Shown here piece by piece: positions 13,601 to 26,900 of a DNA stretch of 64,000 bases (its first letter is position 1; every line of letters begins with the position of its first letter). A program made the position numbers and the translations under genes. Origin of the DNA: Yuukianura sp. NJ FZ-2021 (taxonomy: Eukaryota); NCBI GenBank assembly GCA_046563655.1, contig CM102290.1:2356001-2420000 (forward strand), given 5' to 3'. The notes beneath the pieces are model-generated. The model did not search any database. It worked only from the letters and a program-made list of their open reading frames with translations, and was not told the DNA's origin.

Positions 13601-16600
13601 GGCTAGGTTTGGTTGGGTTTTTAAGGTGTCTAGGTCAACAGTGTATGTGGATTGAGGGTTGAAAGTGAATTTCGTACGTAATGTTTGTTTGAATGTTTTT
13701 TTCGAATTTAAAGAAAAATGAAAGAAATTCGGGAAGTTTTGAATAAATGTTAATATATTAAAAATGAAGTTGGGAGGCTGTGAGCTGAGAAAAGTCTGAA
13801 ATTTAAGGCCTCGGCCGAAGCGTCTCTCTCGTCTCCTTGTTCGTGTTGTTTGGCTCTTAGGTTCCATTCTGCGTCTAATCCTGATAAATAGGTTGACATC
13901 AATTTCTGTATTTCATTTTTCCCTCTGTTCGAATCCCTTCGTCTGTTCGTCTAAAGGGACTTTGGACTTAAGCCACAACCTCACAGAAAGAAAGCCTCTC
14001 GAATAATAGATCCAGTCTCTAGTTCCCTTTCTTTCTCTTCCGTCTATTTTGACTATCGATTTCACACTATTCAAAATTCAGATTCACATGTCCCACGGTC
14101 CATTTCCTCCCTCTTCTACCCCTTTCTCAGCCACTGTCCCACCATCACCCTTCAATCTCTCGTCCCACCAAAAATGAACCCACCACAACTTCACTTCATT
14201 CAGAACAGCAAACTACCCCCATTCGGACAGAAATCTGGCTGTCGTAACAGTCGAGGAATAGTCACGCCCTGGAGAATGTTTGGCTAGGTTTACTGTTAGT
14301 TTTTTAGGAAATGGTCACATCAAAGTTGTATTTTTCGGATTGACTCTCAACTAAAGCTAAACTAAAAATAAGCTAAAGTCAGAGTGACGTTTGGTGGGAA
14401 AATGGTTTTCTGCAGAAGTTTTGAAATTTTGAAGAGTTGAAGATGTTTTTTTGGAGGAATGCGAAGAGATGGAAGATGTGAGATGTGATTGGGATTATTG
14501 GGACTGGAGATGGGGTGGATAAGTGGGTTTTAGGTGGGAAAATGTGGGAGGAGATGGGCTGTTTTTTGTTTCATGTTGGACCAGAAGATGATCCTGGAAG
14601 AGAGACATCCCGCAGAGTTGACCCTTGTCATGGATGCTTTTTTTAAGAGACTCATCTCCCTCGTCTTGTATCAACTTACACAACTCCGGCATTCCAACTC
14701 TCATTTGACAGATTTATAGCCACTGATTAACAATACAGATTGCGTTTTTTAAAATAAATCCCCATTGATTTATTTCATATAAAAAGGATCTTCCTCCATC
14801 TCGCCTTTAACGCTCCACGAAGATCAACAATGGGAGAGAGACCAGTGACCAGGTTCTGGGCATCACTCCAATACGATCCGCCATGGGGGGAGAAAGTGCC
14901 CGTTTCACTACTTTTCAAAAACTTAAAGCAATTTAAATTTTAGCATTTCGCAACTTTTGCTTGTTTTTTTTAAAGTGCGTGACATTCCTGCCATGAAATT
15001 TTTACTTGGGGTTTAAAGAATCCAAAAAGTTAGAAGTTTTTTATTTATTCAGAGTCCCAAGGGGTGGTTAGTGTAAAGTGATACTATTCTTTTATTTGGA
15101 GTTTTAGGTTAATTAGCTTTCTTAACATTTAGTACTCGCAGATAGATGGAGTGCAACAGTTTAATTGAATTAATCAGCTAAATTGCAATTGGAATTTTAA
15201 TTTTTTTTGTAAATTGAGAGTGAGAAGTTGAAAACGTGTTTTGGAACTGTTGGCCCCCCATGGTATCATTCCGTGTATTATTCTTTTGGGCCGGAATAAA
15301 TTCCCATTTCCAAAGTCTAAGATTCATTCCTGCGTTTCCTTTTTCTTTTTTATCTCATTTCGATTATTCATGCCACTACAACCTATAAATTTTACTTGGC
15401 TTGACCGTTTAGATTTGTTCGTTTCCTGAATTTTCTGACAGTCTCAGTGAACAAAGTACTTTTAATTCTGATCTACCTGTGGATTCACTTCACAATGAAA
15501 ATCTAGAACCCTCTTCTCTTTCCTAAACCCCAACCACCTCATCATCAACTAATCTCCAAGTGCAAGGGGACACAGATCGCATCCCGGGTACCGTCACAAA
15601 AAAAAACACTAAGGTTGATCCAAGAATTTAAAAGTCTTTAGTTAAAAAGTTTTCAAAATGCGGTTAGCACTAATTTGGAATTGGATTTTTTTTTTGGAGA
15701 ATTTTCTTTGGGTTGGATAGTAACTCAATACTGTGCTTAAGATGTTAATGTCGCTCTGCTCAAACCGGGACAACATTTCTAACAACTTGCTTAACACGGC
15801 TAATGAATCGTTTGTTTTTCTGTCCGAGTTGAGAGAAAAAAGTTTAAATATTTATGTTCCTTTCGGACAACTTTTTGGCGCTAAGGACCCCGCCGTTTTT
15901 TTCGTCTGTTTTTGCATCTAGTGTAAACCAGGCTTAACAGAAAAAAAAAATTTTTTTCATAGTGTTTGGTTTGGGAAATTGAAATTTTAGGTTTGCGGCT
16001 GTTTAGTTGGAGGGTTGAAAGTTAGGTATCGGCACTCACTTTCACTCTCGACAGGCGAATCGATGTCTAAATGCATTATTGAGCATCTTGACTCTGACTG
16101 ACTGGGTGTGGAGTGTCATTAGGGACACGAGTCGACCACCACTGGAGTCGTTTGGAAGTATACTAAGGTGGGGTGGCCAAAAGTTCAGTGTCGATCTCTT
16201 TCAAATTTTATGGGATCAGGCGTCGGCGGGAGAAATCAAATCTCGTATCGGCCGAAAAGGCGCGTGTCATCATTCTTTCTTACTTTCAAAACCTTGTGCC
16301 CGCTTCCTTAATCTTATCTTTCCCCTCACACTATAAAAGACAATTGAGAATTTACGTTTCTTGTCAGACTGACCAAACTAGGTCCCGTGAGTTAAACTTT
16401 TTAGGTGGGATTGAACTTTGACACCATTTTGTTATGAAATTGGAATCTAATTTTTTTTAGTACAAAAGTCTTAAGCGGAAATGTCAACAAAAAGATCAAT
16501 TAGTTAGTGGATTATGTAGGAATTTTTGAAGGTTTTAGAAAATTGAAAAATAGATTTTAAGGTGACGTTCTTTCAGCAAGTCGATTTTCAATTGGTTTGA

Positions 16601-17996
16601 TTTGCAAACAAAAGCCTTTGACCGTCAACCCGTCAGCGTATTTGACTCGGAAGGACTTTACAGTCTTTAACAATAAAGGTTCAATAAGTTGTTCTTTTGA
16701 AAAAGAAAAAGCAGAGGGGATTTCAAAAGTTGTGTTTTTTAAAAAGCCCGCCTGTCTTTCTCCCATCAAAAGAGGGGGAAACGGCTGTCACTCTTCCAAT
16801 AATTCCTCCTTTTTTCCTATTTTTTTTTAAATTCCACTCAACCACAAAATGTTGACTTCAACCAGGTCTTTTGCGTGGCATTTTTTTTACCATCTCACAA
16901 AAAGAAATTAATGAAATGCGAAAAAAAAAACACGACTTAAGTTATTGGTCAGTCTCAGTAGTCTAACTACTAATCAAGGGACAACTTTATATTAGCGTTT
17001 CTCAAGTCGAAATTTTAAAAAACAACTTTAAGAATTTATTTTTGGAAATTTAATTAAATACACAATCACCTGCCTATGGCAAGTTTAATTTAAAATTTTA
17101 AATATTGTACGGAGAAAAAAAATTCTCAAAAAATTTCAAATTGTATTTGATTTTTTTTTTTTTGCAGAAGTGATCAGTTTGCCCCCTCATATAACGAAAT
17201 TTACAGTTTCGGAGAAAGTGGCAGAAGTGTTGGAACTGAAACATTCGTTAACCCGCCAAAACTTTGTTTACCGCGCTCTTAATTTGAATGTATTTAAATG
17301 TTGAGGGGGTGAGGGGAACATAATTTATGGTAACTTGTTGGCATTTATTTAGCCAAAAGAAAGAAGCACCCTTTTCGTCTCTCTCCACTTTTTGGGTTGT
17401 TTATGGGTTTGGAAACCAAGGAGAAAGTTGAGCTTTCCCTTGACTCTATTTGAAATTTTGTATTTGTCCCGCCATTAGACGCACTTGTGTCCCCCGCCTG
17501 TCCCCTATTCTAAAACAAAAGTGGATCATTTGATATGTTGATTTCTTAAGGGAACACAAATCTTCAGTTAAGGCTAAAACAACCTTGTTCATTTTCAACA
17601 GTTTCAGAGTCAGACAAGAGTTAATGTTTGAGTTATTCAGGGAGTTTTCAAAAGTTAACTTTCTAAAAGTGGCGGCATCTGGATCATCTCGGGTGGACAG
17701 TCTATGACCTTTGAATAAAGTTTAGGTCAGAGTTAGTTTTCAAGGGTTATATAATAGAAAATGTTCAACAAAAATATGCTCAACAAGGTTTGATTTAGAG
17801 TGAAAACGGGTTGGGTAAACTTACGTTTGAAAGTTGGGGACAAGTGTTGAAATTTGTTTGCTGAAAGAAACAAGTTTTTTCAATTTCATTTCCTTCATGC
17901 TGTACTTTAGGTTTAGTTTTAGACGGACGCAGAAGAAGACGGATGGGATAGAGTAATGCGGATGTGTTGATTTGGACTTATTGGATTTTGTGCTCA

Positions 17997-18009
17997 TGAC
18001 CTTTGACCT
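17997..18009 (-). promoter_or_regulatory. Perfect nuclear-receptor DR1 (TGACCT-T-TGACCT)
   Basis: Exact AGGTCA-A-AGGTCA on the minus strand. Confidence 0.45.
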
Positions 18010-21000
18010 CTTGCGGAACAGAAATTTTGTGGAGCTGATGCTAAGGAAATGGGATTTCGTTGTGTCTTAGTTTACGTTTGTGCTGTTGATTAAAAGTGAT
18101 TGATCGGCCGTGGGGCAACTGGAAATGTGACGGGTAACAAGAAGAGAGAATCGGATATCCCAAAAAGTTATAAGTTTTATTGCTTGGAGTTATTTTTGTT
18201 AAATTGGATCTTGGGGAAGACGGTTAGGTTAATCTAGCCTAGTCGTTAAGTTACAAGTCCTTCCAGGGGATCCCTTAAGGGTCCACTCGTCTTCTGTTTC
18301 TATTCTGTGTCCCTGCGTCATGTAGTTGATTAATGCCCTTGACAAAAAGTTGGTACTTTAACGTTAACTGGAAAATCTAACAGTTTCTTATCACAAGACA
18401 GATGTCGGACTTCACAGTCTTTATTGTTATTGTACAAAAAAAACAGTCAATGGGCTGGGGGTACTTTAAGGGGACCCTTAGTATCACTAAACACGCATGG
18501 CATTATTAACTTATTTATAAAAAATAATTAAGACCTAGGTTATGTTAATTAAGATTTTTCAAGTTAATTTTGCTGGGGAACAATACAAAAGTTGTTGTCC
18601 AGCAGGTTTCAGATTTGGCGTCTCACTTTCTCTGTCGAATTTTCAAAGAGACGTTGCGGGAACTTTCAAATTTTTGGAAATGGGACGAGATTTTTTTGAA
18701 ATGGAAAAGGGAAGATCGAATGAACCATTGAAAAAAAAGTTTAGAAAACAACCTGTTCCGAATTTTAAAAGTTCCCTCCCTTCTCTGTTCCCTGTTTTGA
18801 GTCTTCTAACGTCTGTTACTCGGAAAAGTGATGCCTTTTTTCCTTTTCATTGTCACTTGCAACCGCAGGAGTCGATTAGGTTAGTCCTACGTGCAGAACC
18901 AACCTAATTTTGTGAACCTAAAAGGATGAAAACCTAAATTAGGTTTAAGGTTCCTCTTCCTTCACGTATTGATTCCCTTAATTTAGTAATTAGGAAACGT
19001 CAAGGAGTCAAGGGATTGGAAACCACAGGGTTGGAACTTAAGAAGGATGAGACGTGACTTGGACAGGCATGTCACCCCACAACTTAACAATAGATGGAAA
19101 CCAATAAGTGGTACAAGGGCCCCCACCCCCGTAACCCCTAAGGGCCCCCCGTTCCACTTTTCTTTTCTTGATGTTCTGCCTGATTAGCCATTCAAGACGA
19201 AAGTGGGGAAGAACGATAATTCAAAAGAGCCGGGAATTTTTGAATGATCCGCTTTTCATCCTTTTGAACTTTCCCTCCTTCCCGTCCTCTTCTCCTTTCT
19301 CTTTAGATTTTGATTATCCAAATTGATCTTTTGAAGAGTTTTACAAGACAAGAGCCCCAACTAAGCTTGTTTTTTGTTTGAAATTTTTGAAGGTTCGGTT
19401 GCTTACCGCTCGCGTCTTTTGTGTCGTCGTGGGTGGGTGAGGGGAGGGATAAAGTTGGGAGTGAAAGTTTTGAAGCTAAGGCTTGCGGGCGGTTAAACTT
19501 AAAATGTGTAAATATCTATTGCTTTTTGGTTCTCTTGGGCTCGGAAGAAACGGAGGGAGGGAAAATTCAACTTTTGAGAAGTGAATAAAGAAGAGACTGG
19601 GAAGAGTAAAGAGTATAAAATAATTCATGAATATTCATGTCTATTTCTCCTAACTTTCTCCGGGACGACTTTCTCCGGCGGGAGATTTGGAAGTGGGCCG
19701 GAGCTAGAAAGAAGACGGAGAAGATGAGGACGGATGATCATGAGGTTTTCTTCCCCTTCACCTCATCTCTCCCTTGTATTCTCCCGTTCTTCTTCTTTAG
19801 CACACTGGAAATTTTAATCTTTGATTTCCGCGACTTACACTCATTTTAATCTAAGACTTTCTCGGGATCCCCCCGAACACAGTTCCCACCCACCCCTCGA
19901 TCTGCCTCCTTCCGGAGATCCCTGTCACGAACCCCCACCTCCCCCGATAGGGAAATGAGAAGGATATAATACCCGAAAAGTGATTTAGACCCGCAAACTC
20001 TGCCGAACTTCCACTTTAAAGCTCAGCTCCACTTTCTCTATGGGCTCCGCTCAAAAATTTTTGTTGGGCCAAACGAGATTAAAAAAGAGCGACACGCGAT
20101 AAATGTTGCGCCTTGAAACCGGGATATGTTACTCTCAATTTAACGACATTTTTTGAAAACGGCGGGTAATTCTTTTGTTTAGAGTTGTGCACTATATTTC
20201 CAAGGTCAATAAGCATTTTTTTTTAGCATGGGGTGTGATTTGTTGCAAAACAAGTCAAGTTACATTTTAGTGATTTTTTTTAATGCTTAAAAGTACTTTT
20301 TGAAAATATTTCTGCAGTTGGCGCCAAAATTTTTGAACTGGATTTTGTTCGTGTTGGACGGAGATTCTCTGATGCCTTTGCACTGACTACTAGTTTTGCT
20401 CAAAGGTCAAAGTTTTGTTAGAGGTCAAGTTCATTTCCTCCCCCCTCCGCTTGGTTCTGAATCGCCTCAATAACACTTAGGAACGGAAAGTTATTAGTTT
20501 TGCGTGAGTTGAGAGGCAGGGAGATGATTGGTCAGGCTGGTGGTGTTTTTGAAGAGAAATTAGTGGACGGACGGCGGGAGACACAAAAAATAGGGAAAAG
20601 TGAAGTGGCGATTTTTCTCATCTCTGGACACTCCAGTAGTGAGTGCCCAACGCTGCAATTAATCATGTGTCCTAAGAACTCATGAGGAAAATCATATTTT
20701 CCAGAAGCTCCTTCTCTTGTTCTTAATGACACGAACGAATAATGGATCCGTGTCTTCTAAGTTCTTTAACGACCCGTTCAAAAATTACGTCAACACTTAC
20801 GCCCAATTCTCTTTAGCAAAAAAATTTTTCTAACAAAAACTCACTTTTAGGCTCCATTTCTCAAAAATTATTTACCGAACTTGGAACTAAAGAATTTATG
20901 GTTATTTGGAAATTAATTTTTGCAGATTTTTGATTTTTGGTGTTTGGCAAGTGTTATGAGGGGAATTTTTTTTTAAAGATAGTTCGTCCAAATAAGACAG

Positions 21001-22934
21001 ATGACGGGAGCAATTAATAAGGTGGATTTTTTTTGTATGTCCCGCCAAATACTTTGGCTTCCTCAGTTTCATTTTTGTGAGTTGATAGTTTTTCTTTCCA
21101 TTGGTTACTAATTGCCCATACTTTTCGTTTTTTCATTTTCTGAAGATTGAAAATGCGGCTTGTGCAAAGGTAGAATGCATGACGGCGCTTCCTCTTTGTT
21201 TTTGAGGTTACACCTCATCTTAATCCGCCTGTCACTTCCGAGATCAAACTTTTTTTTTTTGGAAAAGAACCGCCACTGCCCATCGTAGTGACAAATTGCT
21301 GAAGCCGCTTTAGTTAGTGATGGATAGATTGAAGTGTCGTCGTTTTCTTCAACTACGACTATGTCGACGGCCCAAGCGAACTTCTCACGCTCCCTCTCCT
21401 TTTCCGCTCCCTTCCCCTCCTAAATGCTAAAGGATATTCCAGTAGTCAAAGTGTAATTTTTCATGAGTCTCATTGGAAATTGGAATCCGTCTGAAAAAGT
21501 GATGTAGATCTGCTCACTTCCTAAGAAGACAGAATAAATTCCAGTTGAGAAGAGATACGACACGATTTGGACGCTTTCTTTTTCCTTTTTCAAAAGAGAG
21601 CGGGAAGAAGCGTTGACTCACCCTGGACTTCCCTTGTACGAATTTGGTCCTCTACTGTAGTAGTAGTAGTCAAGGAATGAATGATTGACAATGGAATTTC
21701 CCTATCGAATTAATTCCAAAAAGTTCCAGTCAATCTCTTCCGTCAACCAGTCCGTTTTTTCTCTCTTTTTTTGAATATTTCCGCTTCCATTCTGCCGATT
21801 AATTTCCCCGCCAAGTCCAAAATTCTCCGGTTTTCTGTTTATCCGTCTGTAACGGGACGCTTTTTCCTTGTATTTGTATATTTTTTTTCGAGAAGAAGGG
21901 ATACAAATTCTCAATTTTGAAAAGCGCGCTTCATTTTTTTTGGGGGGCAAAATACGTCCGACTTTTAATTTCAGTTTTCAAAAATTGAATTTCTAAATTT
22001 GGGCGGGAAGAATTTTGTTTTGAAAATGATATTTTTTTTTACTATGGAATTTCAAAGGTTTAAAAAAGGTGAGGAATGGCTGCTCACAGAAATGAAAATT
22101 TTTAATTTCGGAAAAGGGCCCTAGAACAATTTTTTTCTGCTACAATTGAGTGAAAGTCAAGTATGGGACATTTTTTGGTTCAAACTTTGGATCTCTTTTT
22201 TGGCGCGTTAAGTGATGATCTTGTAGAGGCGTGTAATGTCTCCTCTGCTCCTCTGATTAGAGAGAGGAAGTGGAGTGGAGGAGAGCTTAAGTTGAACAAA
22301 TAATTTGATTAGTTGAGATGGATGCTGGCTGCTCTCTTTGCAGCAAAGGAGAAAGTTGAAACGAGATGAGGAAGCGAGGGAAGAAGCAATTGATGAAGTT
22401 TTTTAAAAGGAGTGTGGAGGAATAGACGGAAGGAGGGAGGAATTAAAAGGATGACGGGAAGGAGCATTCTAATCAAAAGATATATCTTTTTATTTTAATG
22501 AATTTTCCAAAGGGAAGAGAGAGAGAGAAAGGCTTTCTCCGCCAGAGATCAAAAGACAAGCGGAGGTTCCCGCCTGCTTGGGAAAAGGCTTGAGTCGTCC
22601 TATGCTCGGGGCAATGTGAGCCTACTACGGAGTTCAGACCGTTGGAACTAAAAAAGAGACGCGTTTTATGCATGGCCTTGGACTTGGGGTGTGCCAAGTT
22701 GGCTAAAAAGTATTTGCATCAGGCGCTGGCTGAGTTCTTGCCACCTCTGGATGTCTTTTTTTTGGTTTTGGCTGAGGAAAGGCGGAGAAAGTTGTTTGGG
22801 GCATATGGTTTTGGAATTTGGAGTTCAAATGTTGCTGATTTTTTAAAAGTTTGGAGTTTAAGTATGTACCGGAGTTAGCTGTACGGTGTACCGTTTCATG
22901 GTTCGTTTCATGTCGACATAGTACTTGTTTTGGC

Positions 22935-22950
22935 TCAAGGTCATTGAACC
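22935..22950. promoter_or_regulatory. IR1 element AGGTCA-T-TGAACC with overlapping TCAAGGTCA
   Basis: Fits RGKTCA-N-TGAMCY. Confidence 0.45.
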
Positions 22951-23696
22951 GAACCGAATAACTGCGTTGGATTGTATGTTGTTAAATGTTGGGGACAGAC
23001 AATAATGGAGCCTGTGACTTGTGGTTCTCTGGAAGCCAAGAGTTGGAGGGAGTAACTAATGTATAGAGCTTCTGATTAGGCTGATGTGTTCATTTAAGTG
23101 AGGGCCAGCAGCACACAAGTGGAGGAAGATATTTTTGCGTCAAGAGCTTTTATGGCTCTCGAAAGAACTTCCTAATGATAATTACTGTTTGGGAAAATAA
23201 GTTTGTAAGTGAGGGACCCCCGATGCTGGAGCCCAGAGCAACTTTCTCTGCTTCTGTAACTACTCCATGTCCTTTTCAAAATCAGTTCTCAAGGACAAAA
23301 TCCAAAAATCAAAGCTCGGGAGCTTTCCCGCCTCTTTGTGCGGAGGGTTAACACAAATTAGAAAGACGTTGTGGACTTGTGGGTTCTTGTGAGGAACTTG
23401 GACTGGGAGCTCTAGTTATTGTGCCTCAATAAATATTTATGGCTTCAACCTTCTTCCGCTTTAACCACTGTAATTTTCTTCTCCAAAAACTCCTGTTTTA
23501 ACTACTTTTGGATCTTACCATATAGCTGTACTCCCCACAACCCCACTTAAAAAGAAGGCCCACCGCCCTAACTAAGGGGCGGGGAAACTGTTTTCCATTG
23601 TTTCTGAAACATTTCGATCTGATTTTGACTCTACTAACACAAAATTGGGAGTCTTAACATAATAACTAAACAAATTTTTGTTGCAAAAGGTTTGGA

Positions 23697-23943
23697 CCAA
23701 GGTTCCTTGACAATGGAAAATGAATGTTCTTTAACAGGCTGAGTATTACCTCACTTGTTGACAAAAAAAATGAAAAATAAAAATTGGTACAAATTTGTAT
23801 GTAATATTTAAAAAAAATCGGCTGTATTGTTATGACTACGATACCATGAAATGAAAGACGCTTTTTTTTCTTTTTTTACGAAATCAAAAAAACACGAGGT
23901 AATACTCAACCTGTTAAAAAATATCAAAGTCAACAAACCTTGG
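23697..23943. mobile_element. Inverted-repeat (MITE-like) family, copy A
   Basis: Outer CCAAGGTT / AACCTTGG. Inner arms TTAACAGGCTGAGTATTACCTC (23731-23752) and GAGGTAATACTCAACCTGTTAA (23896-23917) are 21/22 complementary. Confidence 0.8.
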
Positions 23944-26900
23944 TTTAGACTGTTTGTAATCTACGGATAAAGTTAGACTTAGCTTGTTTTATGATACAAT
24001 TTCACTGATTTTTTTTTAATTGACATCGATTTGGGAGTAGAAACTGGATTTGAGAGGTTAAGTTAGATTGAGAAGGTAGTTCAGAGTTAGGCTTAAGTTT
24101 GTTAGGTTATTGCGAGATGTGTGTAGTTTAGGTGCACTTTCTCGTGGAAAGTTGTTAGTTGGGAATGATGAATCTGGTTGGAAAAGAAGTGGTGCTGGAG
24201 GGTTTATTTTTAATAAGGAAAAAGTGAATGATTACATAGGAAGCCATCAGTCACTAACTTCTGACATTCCCTCTGTATCCCTTTCTTCCTATGACTTCAC
24301 ATTGGAGCAGATTGAGACACCGCCGTAGGGAGTCTCCGCACTCCCTTGCTCGCGTTCTTCTTTATTTTTTTCATTTCAAGATCAAAATCAGTTCCTCTGC
24401 TAAATTTGTTCAAATTTCGGTGTAGTTCCGCCGGAGCGGCGGGAAAAAGAAAGTTTTTTGAGGATTTGAATCGGGATCAAGTGGTGGACGGTGGAGATGA
24501 GAGATTGACTTTCTGTTTCCGCTTCTTGGGTAATTGTAGTGAAAGGGAGTCTTTCATTGATTTGAATGTGGAGTCCTTTGGGCCGTGAATAATTAAAAAC
24601 ATCTTGAAGTGCGGAGGACTAATGACACAGAGGCTTCTTGTGGATGATGATGAGAAATGGAGGCTGGTGGGCTTCGTGGGTACAGTGGCTTCCCTTTGTG
24701 TCACCGCAGTGGGATTAGAACTTGGAGCTCCTTTGGCAGCTTAACTTATACTTCCTTCGAAAAATACTCCCCAATCTCTCCCCCCATTACATCTTTGTAA
24801 CAAAAAAAAATCTAATTGCTCATAATTGGATCTATGGAGTAATCATGCCGACGACGAATGGCAATTTGTGTAGTATGGCACAGGAGTCAGGCAGAGATGA
24901 AGAGAAGATGCCGCCGACTTATTCGTCAGGCTCAAATGTCCTCTTCATTGTCATACTTTGATAGTTTGAGTCCTCATTTAGGATATTCTCAAATTGTACT
25001 CAATGGGCAAACTCGCCAAAAATGAATTTCCAAAAAATTATAATGTGATTTCTCGGATAGAATTGCAGGTTTGTCGGATGTGAAAGTGGATTTCTTTTTA
25101 AAGTAGGATTTTTTTGCTAAAGCGAAGATTTAAGTAAAGTTAAGATTTTGGTGGATTTCGGACGTTTCCGTCGTTTTCTGTAAATTGTTTTCGTTAGTTG
25201 GTCTTACAAGGAAGCGAAGGCTAAAAATTTCCAAAGTGTTAGATTTTGGTGATTTAAAAACTTTTGGGGAATTTTAAATTTGAGGAGTTTGAAGAATTTT
25301 GCAACCATTTGAGGAATTCCTCATATTGTGGCTTCAGAGTATGTCAGAAGTAGAATTCGAATCAAATCATGATTGTTGATTCCACTTCCGTTCTTTTCTT
25401 TTTTCATTTTCTTTGGACGTTCATTTGAAGAGGCTGAGCATTGGCCTTTAATTATTATTTTTACGGACAGTGGTTGTGGAGGGAAGGTTCAAATTTTTGA
25501 CAAAGGTTTATGAACCTCACTGTCGTCAAAAGATAGAAGGTCATTCGTTTCTCTATAATTTTCAGGAACTAGGTTCAACGTAACCTTTGACCTTTGAGTC
25601 ACCAATATTCTCAAAGTTTGAGAAGAGCGTGAAGATTTGGATTTGGCGGAAGTTGAGTGATTTGGCGGGAAAAGCGCCTTTCACCTGTCTGTTCTGCCTA
25701 GAAGTGAATGTGGTTAAGTGAGGGAATGAGTGACACGTGGCGGGAGCCTTTGGAAGAGGTCTCTGATGACCTCGGACTCCCCGTTACCCGGGTATTTTGT
25801 TTTCGGCTCCATTTGAAGAAGCCGTTTCCTCTGTTCCCTCTGCCTCTGTGGCATGATGACTCTGCTTATAGGGTCTCTAAAGTCGTAAACTTAATGTTTT
25901 GTTTTGTAAAGCGAGAAGGTTTAAAGCCGCTTCGGATCGATTCCCTTTTCTTCTCCCTTCTCAGCGTCTACAGCACAACTTTTGTTTCTTATTGATGAGA
26001 GTGTTGTGTGGGTTTTCCTTTTTGGCAATGGAGACTTTATGGACTCTTAATCATGAAATACGGGCAGGCAAAAGACCGAGGCGGGAAGTTTTGAAGTCTC
26101 AATTAACATTTGACAGGAACCACCTTCACACCCTACCTTATGTCTCAAAGTTCACACTAAACTTTCTCTTTTCCTTTCAAATGCCCTGTTTTCCTCAGAT
26201 TTCAAAAAGCGTCAAAATTTTATTAGTTCCTAACTATATAGTCATGTGACGGGACTTGTTCAAATTTGTCCCGGGAAAATCTTATTTCAAAAATTCAAAA
26301 GAACAAAGCTCCGCGGTTACTGATGGCTCGGTGTTGGTCAACTAAAAGTTTAGATTCCGATTTAGGCTGTTCAGGATCTCCAATCCAGAGATACCGCCAA
26401 AAAAATACTGGATTCCCAATTGGTTCCCGGTCCCACCATCGCCACCGGTGGGGCTCTCAATCAAGAACAAAGTCTGTAAGACTTGTTAATAATAGAGAAC
26501 ATGCGGAGATGGATTTCGGTTAGTTTTCAGGTCTCAGAAGAGTTAGCGTCTCTGTTTGCCCCTGTCGGACGGTGGGTTTTGGGGGAAGGGGTGCCTCCCA
26601 AAAAAACGAAAATTTGAAAGGAGGCTTTTGGAATGTGGAGAAAGCGTGCGAGGCTGTTAAACAAATAGCCGAAGCAGAGGGGGCGGATAGGATATAATTC
26701 ACTTGCCGCATTTCTTTATTACTCTCCCCCCAAGCTATGAGCCAAAGCCCAAGCGCCCCCCGTCTCCAACGCGCCTTTTGGCCCGCTTTCTATTTCCAAA
26801 AAAAAAAACTTAAAGAAAAAGTAGAATCTGGAATAGATATTCTGGATTCCAATTTCTTTTCTGCCTCCTCCTTAAATTCTCATTGTGTTTTTGTGTCATC

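Noticed and set aside
20355..20376. miR-184-like TGGACGGAGA
   Set aside because: Only 10 nt match and there is no hairpin partner.
23740..23755. miR-12-like 5' sequence TGAGTATTACCTCA
   Set aside because: The match ends after about 14 nt, and the complementary arm is about 150 nt away. It is part of the repeat arm, not a pre-miRNA.
23731..23917. piggyBac-type MITE bounded by TTAA
   Set aside because: Both the inverted symmetry and the homology with other copies continue outside the TTAA motifs, so TTAA is internal and not a target-site duplication.
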